A model generated the notes under the pieces. The model was not told the DNA's origin, ran no database searches, and was given only the letters and a program-made list of their open reading frames with translations. The translations under genes were made by a program, and so were the position numbers. DNA of 63,209 nt, filler included, from Collodictyon triciliatum (Eukaryota), in assembly GCA_043381765.1 (NCBI GenBank). It is 5 parts of 5 records of this genome, joined end to end, with 100 filler letters (N's around TTAATTAATTAA, not from the genome) between each part and the next. Parts side by side here need not be neighbours in the genome. Positions count along the whole stretch, not along the records: positions 1 to 17,941 come from JBHJMP010001415.1; positions 18,042 to 35,957 come from JBHJMP010001417.1; 3 more parts are not named here. The stretch is one strand, 5' to 3'. Shown here one piece after another: positions 15,001 through 26,440 of the stretch (position 1 is the stretch's first letter; each line of letters starts with the position of its first letter).

Positions 15001-17071
15001 GAAATAGAAAAACTAAAGGCTCTAACACGGCAAATGGAGGCAAACACTGAAGCTAAAACTCGAGAGGTGTCTATTACACAAGAAAAGTATGAAAATATCA
15101 AGATTCAACTTGAAAATGCTCATGTGGAGTTGGAAAAGCTCCGAGAGAAAATCAAGTCTGATTATATTGTATCCTTATCTAAAGATGAACAAATCAAGGA
15201 ACTTGAAGAAATGGTACAGATTTACTCGAACAAAAGACTCAAAGGCCAAGCAAGAAGTCGAGGTCGCATACCATCTTCATTTTCTGAATCTTTTTCGAAC
15301 CCAGAAACTGTCCCTGATATCCCACATGAAAGCGACTCAGAGAGTGACTCTGGTAATCAACAAAAAAAGTACCAAGAACTGTTCTCACAATTTGAGCGAC
15401 AAACAAAAGAACTAAGTGAGAAAAATGAAAACATCCTCTCTCTTGAAAATGCTTCTAAACAACAAGCTACTGCAATTGTTGGCCTGAAAGATTTAAACAA
15501 CGGCCTTGAGGAAAAATTGGCTGTTAAAACAACTAAAATCACAAAACTTGAATGCGAGCTACAGTCTAGCAAGGACGTAATCAGTCAACTTCGCCAGGAA
15601 ATGGAGGAAAAAGAATCAGTGTTTGAAGAACAAGGTGAAATGATTGCGCAGCTTCTTGAAAGCAATACTAAGCTAAAAGAATCGATCGAAAGCTCAAATA
15701 CTGCTATGCACAATTCCCTTCGAGACTCAACTAAGCAAGAGCTTAAATCCAACTCTACACAAACGACGGAGCTACCAACCGATCACCTTGCTCTGCAATT
15801 GGAAACAAAGCAAGAGGAAGTTGCCCAACTCAAGAAACTAACAGAAGTGCAAAAGGTGAAAATCAAAGAGTTTGATAATCTGGTTGAGACCAAGCAGAGA
15901 GAAATCAATAGACTAGAATTACAACTGTCCTCGAAAACAAGGACTAATGAAGAACCAACCATGTAAGTACTATAGAGGCATATATACCCACATATAATTA
16001 CTCCTCTCATTTATCTTCTATGGCACGATTATTGAAATGGATAGATGTTACATATTGTTTTATTATGACTTTCTCTGTTAATCACTTGCTTTTTTTAAAA
16101 TAAAACAAAACGCATAGAATAAAGAAATCACCAATAAATCAGGAGGTAAGATGAGAATATTAGTCTATCTTCTATATTGTTTATGCTCCGAATAATTTTG
16201 ACGAATATATATATATATGAACGCATGTATCGTCTATATTTTCTTACTAAATAATTGCATACAATATGATCTAGAATGAAAACGGAGTCGCTGAAGTTGA
16301 TAGGCTTAAAAAGCGTGTGAAAGAGCTCGTTGAAGAAAATATGAATGGCAAGGTACATCTCCACCGCGACGCAAAGCTACCAAAGTCGTCATCATACAAG
16401 ATACTCAATCGATTATCTCTGCTTCTTTACTATTTTTCTTTTCAAAATGCTCCTTTGATAAATCCTGTAAATCCACGCAGAGAACAAAGAGAAACTTGAT
16501 CGTCGCCAAACGCGAAAATGCTTTGTTATCTAATACGCTGAGGGTTTGTGAGCAAGTGTTGGAATCACCCTTTTTGAAGCCCCAAGGCCAGTCAACAACT
16601 AGTTTGAGATCGAACTACAGCGCCAACCCCAGGATGGACTCGGCTGCCAATCGACAGCAGGTGACAATGCGATGATATATGTCCAATCAATATTTATTAT
16701 ACTTGGGGATGTATTGCGGTTGGGACTTGTTTGTTATTAATATTTTGCTCTCTTTTTCTCGGTTCGTAGCAACCGCCAGAAAGCCCCCCAAAGGCCAGCG
16801 TTCTGCAATCGAAGCGATTGTCCTTTTGCGTTTTTGTAAGATTCTTTCTTTTCTCATCTCCATATTTAAATTGCTCACTATTTGCAACACTGTCGTTTCT
16901 CAATTAATAGCTATAAATATTTCTTTCATATTTTTTGTTTACTTTTTTGTTGTGCGCTCGATATCAGTTTCGATTTTGTAGCAGCAAGGCATTCAATGGC
17001 ATATATCCCTCGTCATACATTACTTTTGTCATATTTATTTATTATTTTTGTCATCGTGGTTTATGCAATGA
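6085..17071 (+). CDS. Kinesin-7/CENP-E-like motor with a very long coiled-coil stalk, many exons; 3' end uncertain
   Basis: Motor motifs lie across exons: VGIRVKPLN (6085-), [21 protein letters not shown] (P-loop, ~6731-6780), [32 protein letters not shown] (switch I), [10 protein letters not shown] (switch II, ~8052), [55 protein letters not shown]. Many E/K/Q-rich coiled-coil exons follow to ~16660. The last exons (16770-16835 and ~16982-17071) are tentative. Confidence 0.92.
6257..6352. repeat. (TCT)n microsatellite in kinesin intron 1
   Basis: Perfect trinucleotide run. It explains the poly-L/F/S ORFs in the track. Confidence 0.95.
8666..8719 (-). mobile_element. Micro-insertion copy A (22 bp) with 16-bp TSD, in a kinesin intron
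   Basis: TGTTCTTTGGCAATTT (8666-8681) + TTTCCCTTTATTCGATTCAAAG (8682-8703) + TGTTCTTTGGCAATTT (8704-8719). Confidence 0.85.
12192..12265 (+). mobile_element. Micro-insertion copy B (40 bp) with 17-bp TSD, in a kinesin intron
   Basis: ATATCTGGAAGTGCTCA (12192-12208) + CATAACCTCGCTGCA-CTTTGAATCGAATAAAGGGAAAAAA (12209-12248) + ATATCTGGAAGTGCTCA (12249-12265). Confidence 0.85.
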
Positions 17072-17460
17072 TATTATATGATTAAATATTCAATAAACCT
17101 TCTCTCTCTTATTACGTGGAAAACTATGCGTTGAATAGGAGGACAAGTAGCATGAAATACACGACAGTGCCTTTTCACCCCGCCAGAAACCCTTCGTCCT
17201 GTGTTTAGGCAATTGACTTGCCCCAACCTTGCCGACGAGCCTCATATGTTCATACTTAACAGGCACACACTGTTAAAATAAAATAAATAAATAAAAAAAA
17301 GATAAAGAAAAGAAAGAAAAAAGAAAGGACTCGGCAATTCAAGAACACACCGCAATACCTGCCCTCTATTCCTGAGTTGGGAGTCAGTCTTCATTCCCAA
17401 GAGGTGGTTTCTGCAGAGTTTATCAGCCGATGGACATCTTATGTATGGATGGAAAATGTA

Positions 17461-17485
17461 AAGATACGAATCGAATAAAGGGAAA
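17461..17485 (+). mobile_element. Micro-insertion copy C (degenerate, no clear TSD)
   Basis: AAGATACGAATCGAATAAAGGGAAA shares the core, and also the AAGATAC 5' extension of copy G. Confidence 0.6.
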
Positions 17486-17941
17486 TCTACACAACGCGTA
17501 ACTCAACCGGCGCCGCGAGCCAAGATACCTGAGAGGGGAGTAATTTCCAGATCTGGACATATTCTGCGCTTCTCTATTTTTCGCTAAAAGGGGCTAATAT
17601 TAGCGTCCATGCGTCTCGATCGATGTTTTGCATCACCCTCCGGTGTGATTTGTTCCGATCAAAGCAGCGGATTGGCAGCGAGACATACGGGCGAAAGAAA
17701 CAGAACGAAGCGTAATTGAGCGGGGAAAGACACACGAGACTTTGGCCTCTAGAGAAAATTGATTCGTAGCTCTTTCTTTTATGTTAATGAGTATGTCTTT
17801 GATCTGTTTATCATTTCTTTTTTCTTTCTTCTTCTTTCTTTTCTTTTTTCTTTTTTCTTTTTCTTTTTCTTTTTCTTTTTCTTTTTCTTTTTCTTTTTCT
17901 TTTTCTTTTTCTTTCTTCTTTCTTCTTTCTTCTTCTTCTTT

Positions 17942-18041
17942 NNNNNNNNNNNNNNNNNNNNNNNNNNNNNNNNNNNNNNNNNNNNTTAATTAATTAANNN
18001 NNNNNNNNNNNNNNNNNNNNNNNNNNNNNNNNNNNNNNNNN
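17942..18041. other. Artificial assembly linker N44-TTAATTAATTAA-N44
   Basis: An identical 100-bp cassette recurs at 35958-36057, 53951-54050 and 61198-61297. The 12-mer places stops in all six frames. Confidence 0.95.
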
Positions 18042-18775
18042 TATGTATGTATGTATGTATGTATGTATGTATGTATGTATGTATGTGTGTGTGTGTGTGG
18101 GGGGGGGGGGCGTTAATTATGTAAACAATATTGTAATGTCGTTTTTTTTTGACACATTTCAACTAAATGAGAATATATTACTTTATCCCGTTTTGACGAT
18201 TGGCGGTATTTATTCAGCAAACTCATTGTGGAATGACGACCTGGTGATTACCTCGAAACTTTGACCATACGCTTGGGCCGTCACAAATAAACTTTGACAC
18301 GCTCTGTGTGATGTTAGCAACTTGAAATCATTGGAATGTATGGAATACACAGAGGACTATTGAATATGTATTGGCAAGGTGTATAATTTTCTCAAAAAAA
18401 ATATATAATTCAAATGAATCCATGATTGTAAAAACAAAGACAAGGTGGGTTCTTTGGATTATATCGGATGACGCTTATTTTATCAACTGATCTTTTGAAC
18501 GAATTAAGACGAAGGATATTCAAAGGAAGGAAGGGGGTTTAGATTATATTTTTCAGTCCGATGTAGTTGTATGTGCCTTGGTTGAAAGCAATCACGCGTG
18601 TCGGATAAGCGTGCAGGCCGGCTTGGTATGGAAGCTGGATTCATGGTTCATCGACGTCAGGCTGATGGCACCGATGGTAGTATTGCATCTTAAATTCTTC
18701 CTCTACTAGACGGAGTATAGCAATTAAAAGATTAACAAACCTAGTGCACCTGTATCCAAGGTCTCACCACTTTTG

Positions 18776-20030
18776 TCACAAAGACTGTGTAGTGGCGGAG
18801 GCTGCCAGGAAAGACCCAACAGTCTGTTTTTTTAAAGCAAGGTGTATGCATATTTTGAGGATTAAAAGAACTTTCATGGGTATATTTTTAGCGCTGTTTA
18901 AGTCCTTTGCCAAGAATACACTTTGTTTGCTTTCTGACCGATTGCATTCTTTGCATATGAGACATCTATACATTTTTTTGAATTTCCTTTCAGTATTATA
19001 TATTCCAGTCCTTTTTTGCAGTTACAGCACATCTTGGAGGTTCTAAATTCATCTACACTAACTGGTTCAAAACTTTTGGACAGTATTATTCGTAATCCTC
19101 TTCCGATTGTTGCCATGAAATGCTTCATCGAAAATTTTCTGCTCCTGTCTCCATACCCCAGTACAACATCCTTGCCAAATGTCTTTTCGATTCCATCCAT
19201 AAACAACCGTTCACTTCTTTTTGTATTAACATACTGTCTCCATCTCATCTTTCGAAAAGTTATGTGTTCATAAAATCTGGATAATTCTATCTGGTATCAT
19301 GATTTCATAGATATATATTCTCGAAATTGTTCATAATCGATTGTGCGTGAATTATGTTTACTCAGTTCTGTATCTAAATCGATTAAAGATACTCTTGATA
19401 CCTCAAACTACTGATTCTCCTCAAAAGTCATGTGACCAAAAGAAATAGCACTTTGTAAACCTGTTGCCATGCATATCTCTGAAGCATTGTACTTTTCATT
19501 TCTTTTCTTTTTTTTTTTTCACACAAGAGTACTTTGTGATTTTTAAGAGATTTGCTATCATGTCTTGTTTGGTGTGCCGTGTAACGTGATTTCTTACCTG
19601 CCTCATCCACCATGTAAACCAAATAAACTTGCCTGCGTCCACTCCAACTATTTTTTGTCGCTAATAAAGATAACTGCTTTTCGAAAAGCTCATCTATATA
19701 AACATATTCTTGGGTTTTTTTGATTAAATAGGAATTTTGAATTTGAAATACCTTTCTTTTCAAATAATAATCACACCGCCAAGCTGTCTGTTTGTATCAT
19801 GTATATAAAAAATTGTAGTCTGTTTGATAAAAGACCCTCTTCTTCATTTCAAAGAAATTATCCCATAGTGTCCCTTTGCATCCTGATATATTCTTCATTA
19901 ATGATGATTTTCCATATAATACTGATAAATCTATCATACGTGCAGTATCTAGAGTAACATGACATGATGTAATGTCAGTTATTATAAAGGTTTCGCTGCA
20001 AAAAAGAATCATTTTCTTATTCATCGAGAT
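18776..20030 (-). pseudogene. Degenerate Fanzor (Fanzor1-like; eukaryotic TnpB-related RNA-guided RuvC nuclease)
   Basis: Joining frames on the minus strand gives ...HVTLDTARMIDL...LWDNFFEMKKRVF...YMIQTDSLAV*LLF...KIVGVDAGK (RuvC-I Asp 19637-19639) / LVYMVDEAGKKSRYTAHQTRHDS...DTELSKHNSRTIDYEQFREYISMKS*...FYEHITFRKMRWRQYVNTKRSE...FGKDVVLGYGD...VDEFRTSKMCCNC (RuvC-II Glu 19048-19050) / CLICKEC...KDLNSAKNI (RuvC-III Asp 18902-18904). Contains several frameshifts, two in-frame stops and an ~110-bp interruption near 19390-19495. Confidence 0.85.
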
Positions 20031-20361
20031 ATCTTTTTTAATTGCTCCTCTCAACTCTGCCACCCCAGCGCGATGACCACGTTCATTCACATTTCGTGGT
20101 GTGGAATGGATAAACCTAGGAAATTACCACCGTCCTGACCCACAAACAAACCCTGCAATGTCTTTGTTCATTCAATCTAAAGATGATAGTATTCTGTCTT
20201 ATTTTGTCCAAGAGCGGAGGCTTCGTCCAGGTGATTTCGTGCTGCGCAAGTCTGGAGAGAAGCGTTGTGTTTGTGGGGTATTCCACAGATGTTTTATTTT
20301 TATTTCGAAAGAGACCCCCTTCAGCAAATATTGGAGCGCAGAACCAGTCATGACAAAAGTA

Positions 20362-20466
20362 TCAGGACAGTGCAACTTTCATTCCAGTCAGATGCACAAG
20401 CCAAGCATCGCGCTCGGACTCTGTCTTGGTCTACGGGGAAACGAGCGTAATAAATAAATAAACAAA

Positions 20467-20525
<59 letters not shown>

Positions 20526-23500
20526 AAATAAAAAATAAAAAATAAAAAAAAGACTTGTCAACTCAATGGAACAATAATTGGATGTCGATGCGACCGGATA
20601 GTATACTTCATTCTCTCTCTTTTAAATGCGTAAGAATAATAGTATTATGGCCTGTGTGTCTAGCTAGGGCTCTTTAAGCAATAAGAAACACACCTTGAAC
20701 TGGTACTGCTTCTTGGCAAACTTGATTGTAAACCCAAACATCTCATCCCCAGTCTCCCATTCACTCCCCTGTTGAGGCACAACAGATCAGTTAAGAGGGC
20801 GGGAAAGGTAACATGCATAAATATGACAGTAGATTACATGTGCGGTTGCAAGGGAGAAAAAGGGTGCGTGGACACGATACCTGAAAGTCGCCCTCGATGG
20901 GGATTGTACCGCTGGAAACACGCATAGTACCGTCCAGATAGCGGATAAGGACACGGGCATCCTTGTCGAGGACAAAGAAGCGGCGCTCCCAGGACTTGTA
21001 GAATGCGGTGTGCCTGTACATCATGATGCCGGTCATTGCGCGCTGGTTCGGCTGGGAGGTGGGCAAGACGGGGACCAGGGCTGGGGAGGAGAGGAAGATG
21101 GAGGACTCGTCTGTCATGGCAAAGCACTGGGGGCAGAGCAGACGCACGGTGCCATCCTGGAAGCGCTTGGGCTGCAGATGGTTGCGCCATTGCCCGGTGG
21201 GGTCGAGCGCATCCACCACCCGAGCAAACTCCTGCGTGCGGTGGTGGCGATGGACGGCGCCGTGGCTGCCCTTCTTGCCAAACCACTGGACCATCTCGGC
21301 CGCCTCGATGCCTTGGCTGTCAGCCGTGAGCGCAGAGACGTTGGCCTGCGGCTTCCACAGTTTCAGGAAGTAGTGCAGGATCTTGCGGTTGGCCAGGATC
21401 TGCTGCGCCGTCACGTGGAGCGACAGCCCGTCCACCCGGTGCGGCTCCCCAAGCGACTCGCAATGCATCTGGAACAGCAGTGCGTTTGCCGAAAACACGG
21501 GCGCCGTTGCCAGCGACGACGACAGCGACAGCGGCGAAGGCATCGACGGCGACGGCGACGCCGCTGCCATGTGCGAGGCGGACAGTGAGGCCGATAGCAC
21601 GCTCCTCACTGGCCGGGGAGACGACGAGGCTGCTGCTGCTGCTGAGCCCAGGGTCGGGAGTGCCTTCGTGGGTGTGGAGAACGGCGATGCGGCCGACACT
21701 GAGCTTCTGGGCGAGGCCATCGGCGATGCGCTGGACGACGGCACGGCTGTCCTCCCTGCGGCCTCCTCCGAGCACGGCTCGATGGAAAGAAGGTCGGGCA
21801 CAAACAAGGCGTCTGCCGCCAAAGTATGCCTCGATGTGGAGATGACCTTGCCTTCCGTCCACTCCTCCAGTGTGTATCGCTCTTGCTCCTTCAGGCACGT
21901 GACCCGCCCTTCCTCGTCCACGTCCACGTTGTCCATGGCGATGCGTCCGCAGCACTCGAACGCCGGCTGCCGCTGCGAGCAGAATGGGCAGAGAATCGCC
22001 TTGCTTTCGATGGTGTAGCCGTCATATCGCTCCAGCTTCTTTGTGATGATGTCGAGTAGGTGCTTCATGCAGTCCAAGGCCGGGTACTTTTCGTTCAGGA
22101 CCCGCACAGAGACAAACACCTTGCGCTCGTCCTTGTGGTGGTGAAGCATGTATCGGTACGTCGGCTGCATCTGCGCTTTTTTCAAAGCACATATGGTGGA
22201 AACGACGTAGTTTGTGCTGTAAAACTCCCTTGTCTCAGCATCCTGGCCTCCTTTGAATCGTTGTGGCCCCATCGATCCGATGAGAGTCTGGAATGCAAAC
22301 CTGGGAAGCATGTTGAAGCGTAGTTCGCAATTGATAAAGGCCGGTACAGCCGCTGAAGGGTTCCACGACCACAAGTCTGGGTGGGGTGCCGCCTCATTCA
22401 GCAGGTAAGGGATGATTTCAAAGTTACCGTCGCTGCTGGGGAATGAGAGGTTGTAGAAGCGCATGATGTCAAACACCTCATCGGCCAGTCCAGGGAAGTT
22501 CTCGTCAAGGACGCCGCGGAAGTGCTCTGTGACATAGACTCCACTCACCCCGCGAATGTGGGGCGTCTTAAAAATAATGCGAAATATGCGAATTAGGAGC
22601 GCAGGGTGGCAGATAACCTTCTCTATAAATTCAGGCTTGCTAATCCAGACTACAGAGCCGATATCTCGGAGAATGGTAAGCGTGGTGTGTGCATGGAGGT
22701 CGCTCTTGAACATCGTCATGTAGCTTTCAAAATCCTTGAAAGACATTGTCGAGTTGGATTTCGTGCGAACCACTCCGTCCACAACCTGTATCATCCGGAA
22801 AAAGGACTCGGGATACTCAATATTGAGAGACGGTAGTTGAGAGACAACTTGGACGATCTTCTCTCGGACTAGAGGAATGTTATTCCCGTTTGCATTACTC
22901 ACGGTGATAAAGTCTACAAACTTGATGATGCTGCGCAGCGGGGCCAAGAGTTGCTTGATTGATTCTAATAAAGAGTCTCGGTCCTGCTCGCTCCACGAAA
23001 GACATTGATCGTTGTGGGTCCCCACAACTATCACACGGGCTCCTGGAGCTGCTGTGGCAATCACATCTGCCCATCTTTTCAAGGAGGAATGGTCGGAACG
23101 ATTCGACATGTTCCACACCAAGATGATGACCGCGCCAGTCGATATAAACAACTGTCCGAGACACTCGAACTTAGCAGACCCGCTAAAATCCCACATGGTC
23201 AAGGAGACACTTGACTGGCCCATCTTGACCACGAAAGGGTCTGGGTGGATGTCAATGTCCAGCGTGGTGGGCATCTGTGATGAGCAAGGCGATACAAAAA
23301 CTGACGACTTTGACAAAATCGACTTCATCAGTGTTGTCTTCCCTGAGCTGGGTTCTCCAACCAGAAGAACGCGACTCAGATTCAGGCCTCTTGTATTAAG
23401 TAAACCTTTCCTCAGATGCTCCATTATGTGTGATATTCCGTGCTCTGCTACAGATTTGAGAACAGGTTCTAAGGGGAGCTCTTGAATATCAAGAACTTCC

Positions 23501-25296
23501 AGCTTCTTCATGTTAAACATGGAGTATGGAAGGCTGGTAATCTAAAGGTACATATGTATTACTTTAAGTATGGTGATAATGGGAAATAAAAAGGATACAT
23601 ATATAAGAAGGGGATATTGGTACTATAAATTTGTATCAATGGGTAATAGGTATATTTTTAGATATTATGCAACATCACTGGGGATGGTTACGTGATTACG
23701 TAATTGAATAAAAAAAAACCTGGTTAACAGAAGCCCCACGAAGCTCGCGAGCACATCCCAAAATGAGGCGTCTAACATTAGTGAGCATACCGATACCTTC
23801 AGGTATTTGGATAAGCTAATGAATCAATAGTTGAGAAAATTAATAGCATAAATGATTGAGAGTATGATGGTACTCTGTATTCACAATGCTGATATTTAAT
23901 AGGTGAATACTTACGTTATTCGAGTGCAGATTTAGATGAACGAGGTTGGTCAACTGACTGATGCTCAATGGAAGACTAGAGAGCTAATCGTTATTGTGAT
24001 TAATTTTCTTTTTTTTTTTTAAAAAAAAAAAAAAAGGTACTTGATACAGCTCCGAGCAAATAATTTGAGTTGAAAGAAGCTGAGAGTGATTCTAACCACG
24101 AACATTGTTGTTGTTGATATGGAATGTATTCAGGAGATACAGCTTCCCAAACGACCAAGGTAGCGAGGACACCTGCATGGTTGAGGGTAGTTATTAACAA
24201 AGCATTTGGAGCTTCGGAAAAATTTGTGAATATATCATGATATAATAAACAGTCTGACTTTTAAATTTGAGTATTTGATTTGATTATGTGTAATGCAATA
24301 TTTGGTGTGTGGGCGAGATGCTACCTTGTTCTTGCTCATGTGGAGTATCTGAAGATTGGTTAGCTGACCGATCCAGTCAGGCACAGAAATTAGCTAGTGA
24401 AGGAGGGGAGATTGGAAAGAAAGAAAAGAGGAAGTTTCATTCAATTACAAAGGCCTGTCTGTTTGACATGAATAAGTATTTTTTTTACCCCAATCCACGG
24501 AGAATGTGAGTGAACTCAGGATGTTAAGGCAGTTGTATAACGCGTTCAAATGGGACTTACCTGATTCTGGTTTACTCTGAGCACTTCCAGGTTCGTCAAA
24601 TAGGACAGGACGTCGGGGAGAGTAGTGAGCTGGATTATGTAGTGTTACACAAAATTCGTTTACATAAATTTTTCTTGGCTTTATTCTCAATGATATTTAT
24701 GTTCATTCTCTTCCACTACTTCAAGGATGGAAAAAAAAAGGCCCAGTCATCACTGGACAACGACGTTATGGGATCAAAGTACCAGGTTTTCATCCAGGAA
24801 GATGGTTTTCAGCTTGGTGACGAGGCTCATGTACGTAGGCAAGTACGACAACTAAAGAGAAACACACACACAAAATGAAAGGAATCAGTGAAGTTGGACA
24901 ATCTCTGCTGAGGCTAGAGCACAACCGCACAGCAGCATTAGCAAGATATTGACAGTTTATCATCATTCTTTCCGTGATATTTTTTGATTTCTCTCTCCAA
25001 GGGAAAAAAAAAGGAAATAAGTACACGGCTATTTTCAGAGTTTGGCCATTCCAGCAGCAAAGAATGCATAGGAACTCTGGGAGGGAACGGAAAGGAAACG
25101 TCACCTGATTCTTTGACAGGTTGATCTCGATGAGCCCCACAACATTCTGCAGACACTCTGGGAGGATGACGATTTGTTTCCAGCTGCAGTCGAGGAAGGT
25201 GGCAGTCTCCACTTCCTTGGCGGTCTTGCAAACGTTCAGGATTCCGTCGTCGCAGCGACTGGGCTTGAGTTTCAGAAGCTCCGAGAAGTCGGTCAT
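20362..25296 (-). CDS. ROCO protein: LRR - Roc GTPase - COR - Ser/Pro-rich linker - C-terminal PH domain (~1145 aa, 10 exons)
   Basis: Exons 25105-25296, 24783-24851, 24561-24629, 24325-24393, 24104-24172, 23915-23983, 23720-23815, 20881-23541, 20694-20768 and 20362-20430, all GT-AG and phase 0. Motifs: LRRs (e.g. LTTLPDVLSYLTNLEVLRVNQNQ), G1 LLVGEPSSGKTTL, G2 PTT, G3 WDFSG, G4 VGTHND, COR-like helices with CPFC, and PH KSWERRFFVL...FKTKTESERDAWL. Confidence 0.9.
20451..20525. repeat. (AAAT)n microsatellite in the last ROCO intron
   Basis: Directly visible. Confidence 0.9.
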
Positions 25297-26440
25297 GGAG
25301 GCGGGAAGGCCGTGTTTTGTCTGTGGGTTGGGAGGCTCTTGCTGTGAAAGGTTGCGCGGGGTTAGAAGAGTCCAAAGAAAAAGCACGGTGGACTCAAGAC
25401 AAGTCTTGGCTGAGCACGACTTTGCTGGTACATGGGTTTGTTATGGTTGTTAAGTTTCTTGTGTGTTATGTGCTTTGCTTTGCTGTGCTTTAGTATTAGT
25501 ATGCTTGTCGAGCGTGGTTTGTTGGGCTTCGCGAAGGTGACCCTTATGATTCGAATCAGTGCCGCGCGCGGGTGAGTTTGACAGTTTGGCCAGAGTGTCG
25601 TGCGAATTGAGTCGTTGGTGTGTCCATACACGCACGCACCATTCTTCTTGCACTATTGGTGGTTGGCCTCTAGAGAATATATAGGGTTTGCTGGAACTTG
25701 ACGTTACTATCTGAAAAACAGAATATTCTATGAAATTGTGTGAATGAGGATATTTCCGCATAAAGACCAGTGACGTTGTGTGAGTAAATTTGAGATTATG
25801 TGAATTATAATGAATGTATATTAAAACTATTTTGTTGTTACAAGAGTGTAAAAGTTATAATAGAACCATATTTTATAATTAATAAATATATTCCAGAATA
25901 GTATGAATAATTTGTTTGCTGGTTTGATGAGGCTATGTTCTGCAAAGCTAGACGAATGGTGCTGTAAAACACATACACACATGAAAAGTATTCCAATAAT
26001 GATTTTAAACATGAAGGCATGCCTTAATTGTTATTATTTTTTTTGTTTATCAGTATGAGAGGGCTTCATTACCTCACCAGATTTTTCAACTATCGTAAAA
26101 AATAAAAAGACGAATGAGGGATGCGTTTTTTTATTTTTTATTTTTTTGTGGGTGATATATGCTCTTACCAAACCCCGTTCAATTGCGAATGTATGAAGCA
26201 TAATTATTATTGATTTTTTTTTAAAAAAAAAATAATTAATTTTGATGAAACTAACCGCCTGAAAAATGAAGGTAAGAATAGTGAAGGTAAGAAAAAAAAA
26301 AGAAGGGAATATAAACAATTGAAGGTCTTGTCCAAACTTAAGTGATACTCCCTTAATTAGGGTATTTGATGAAAATGGTGTGATATTGATATCCAAATTC
26401 CATTGATTTCCTTTCTCCTTCGCTTGATATTACCAGAAAT

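Noticed and set aside
17100-17760. GC-richer segments with splice-like signals downstream of the kinesin
   Set aside because: No consistent open frame or recognisable motif could be assembled on either strand.
20101-20457. 118-aa plus-strand ORF next to the Fanzor remnant, considered as a transposase fragment
   Set aside because: It overlaps the terminal ROCO exon and 3' UTR on the opposite strand, has a GTG start, and shows no transposase motif.
20834-23485. Numerous overlapping antisense or alternative-frame ORFs within the ROCO giant exon
   Set aside because: Expected shadow ORFs of GC-rich coding sequence, with no motifs.
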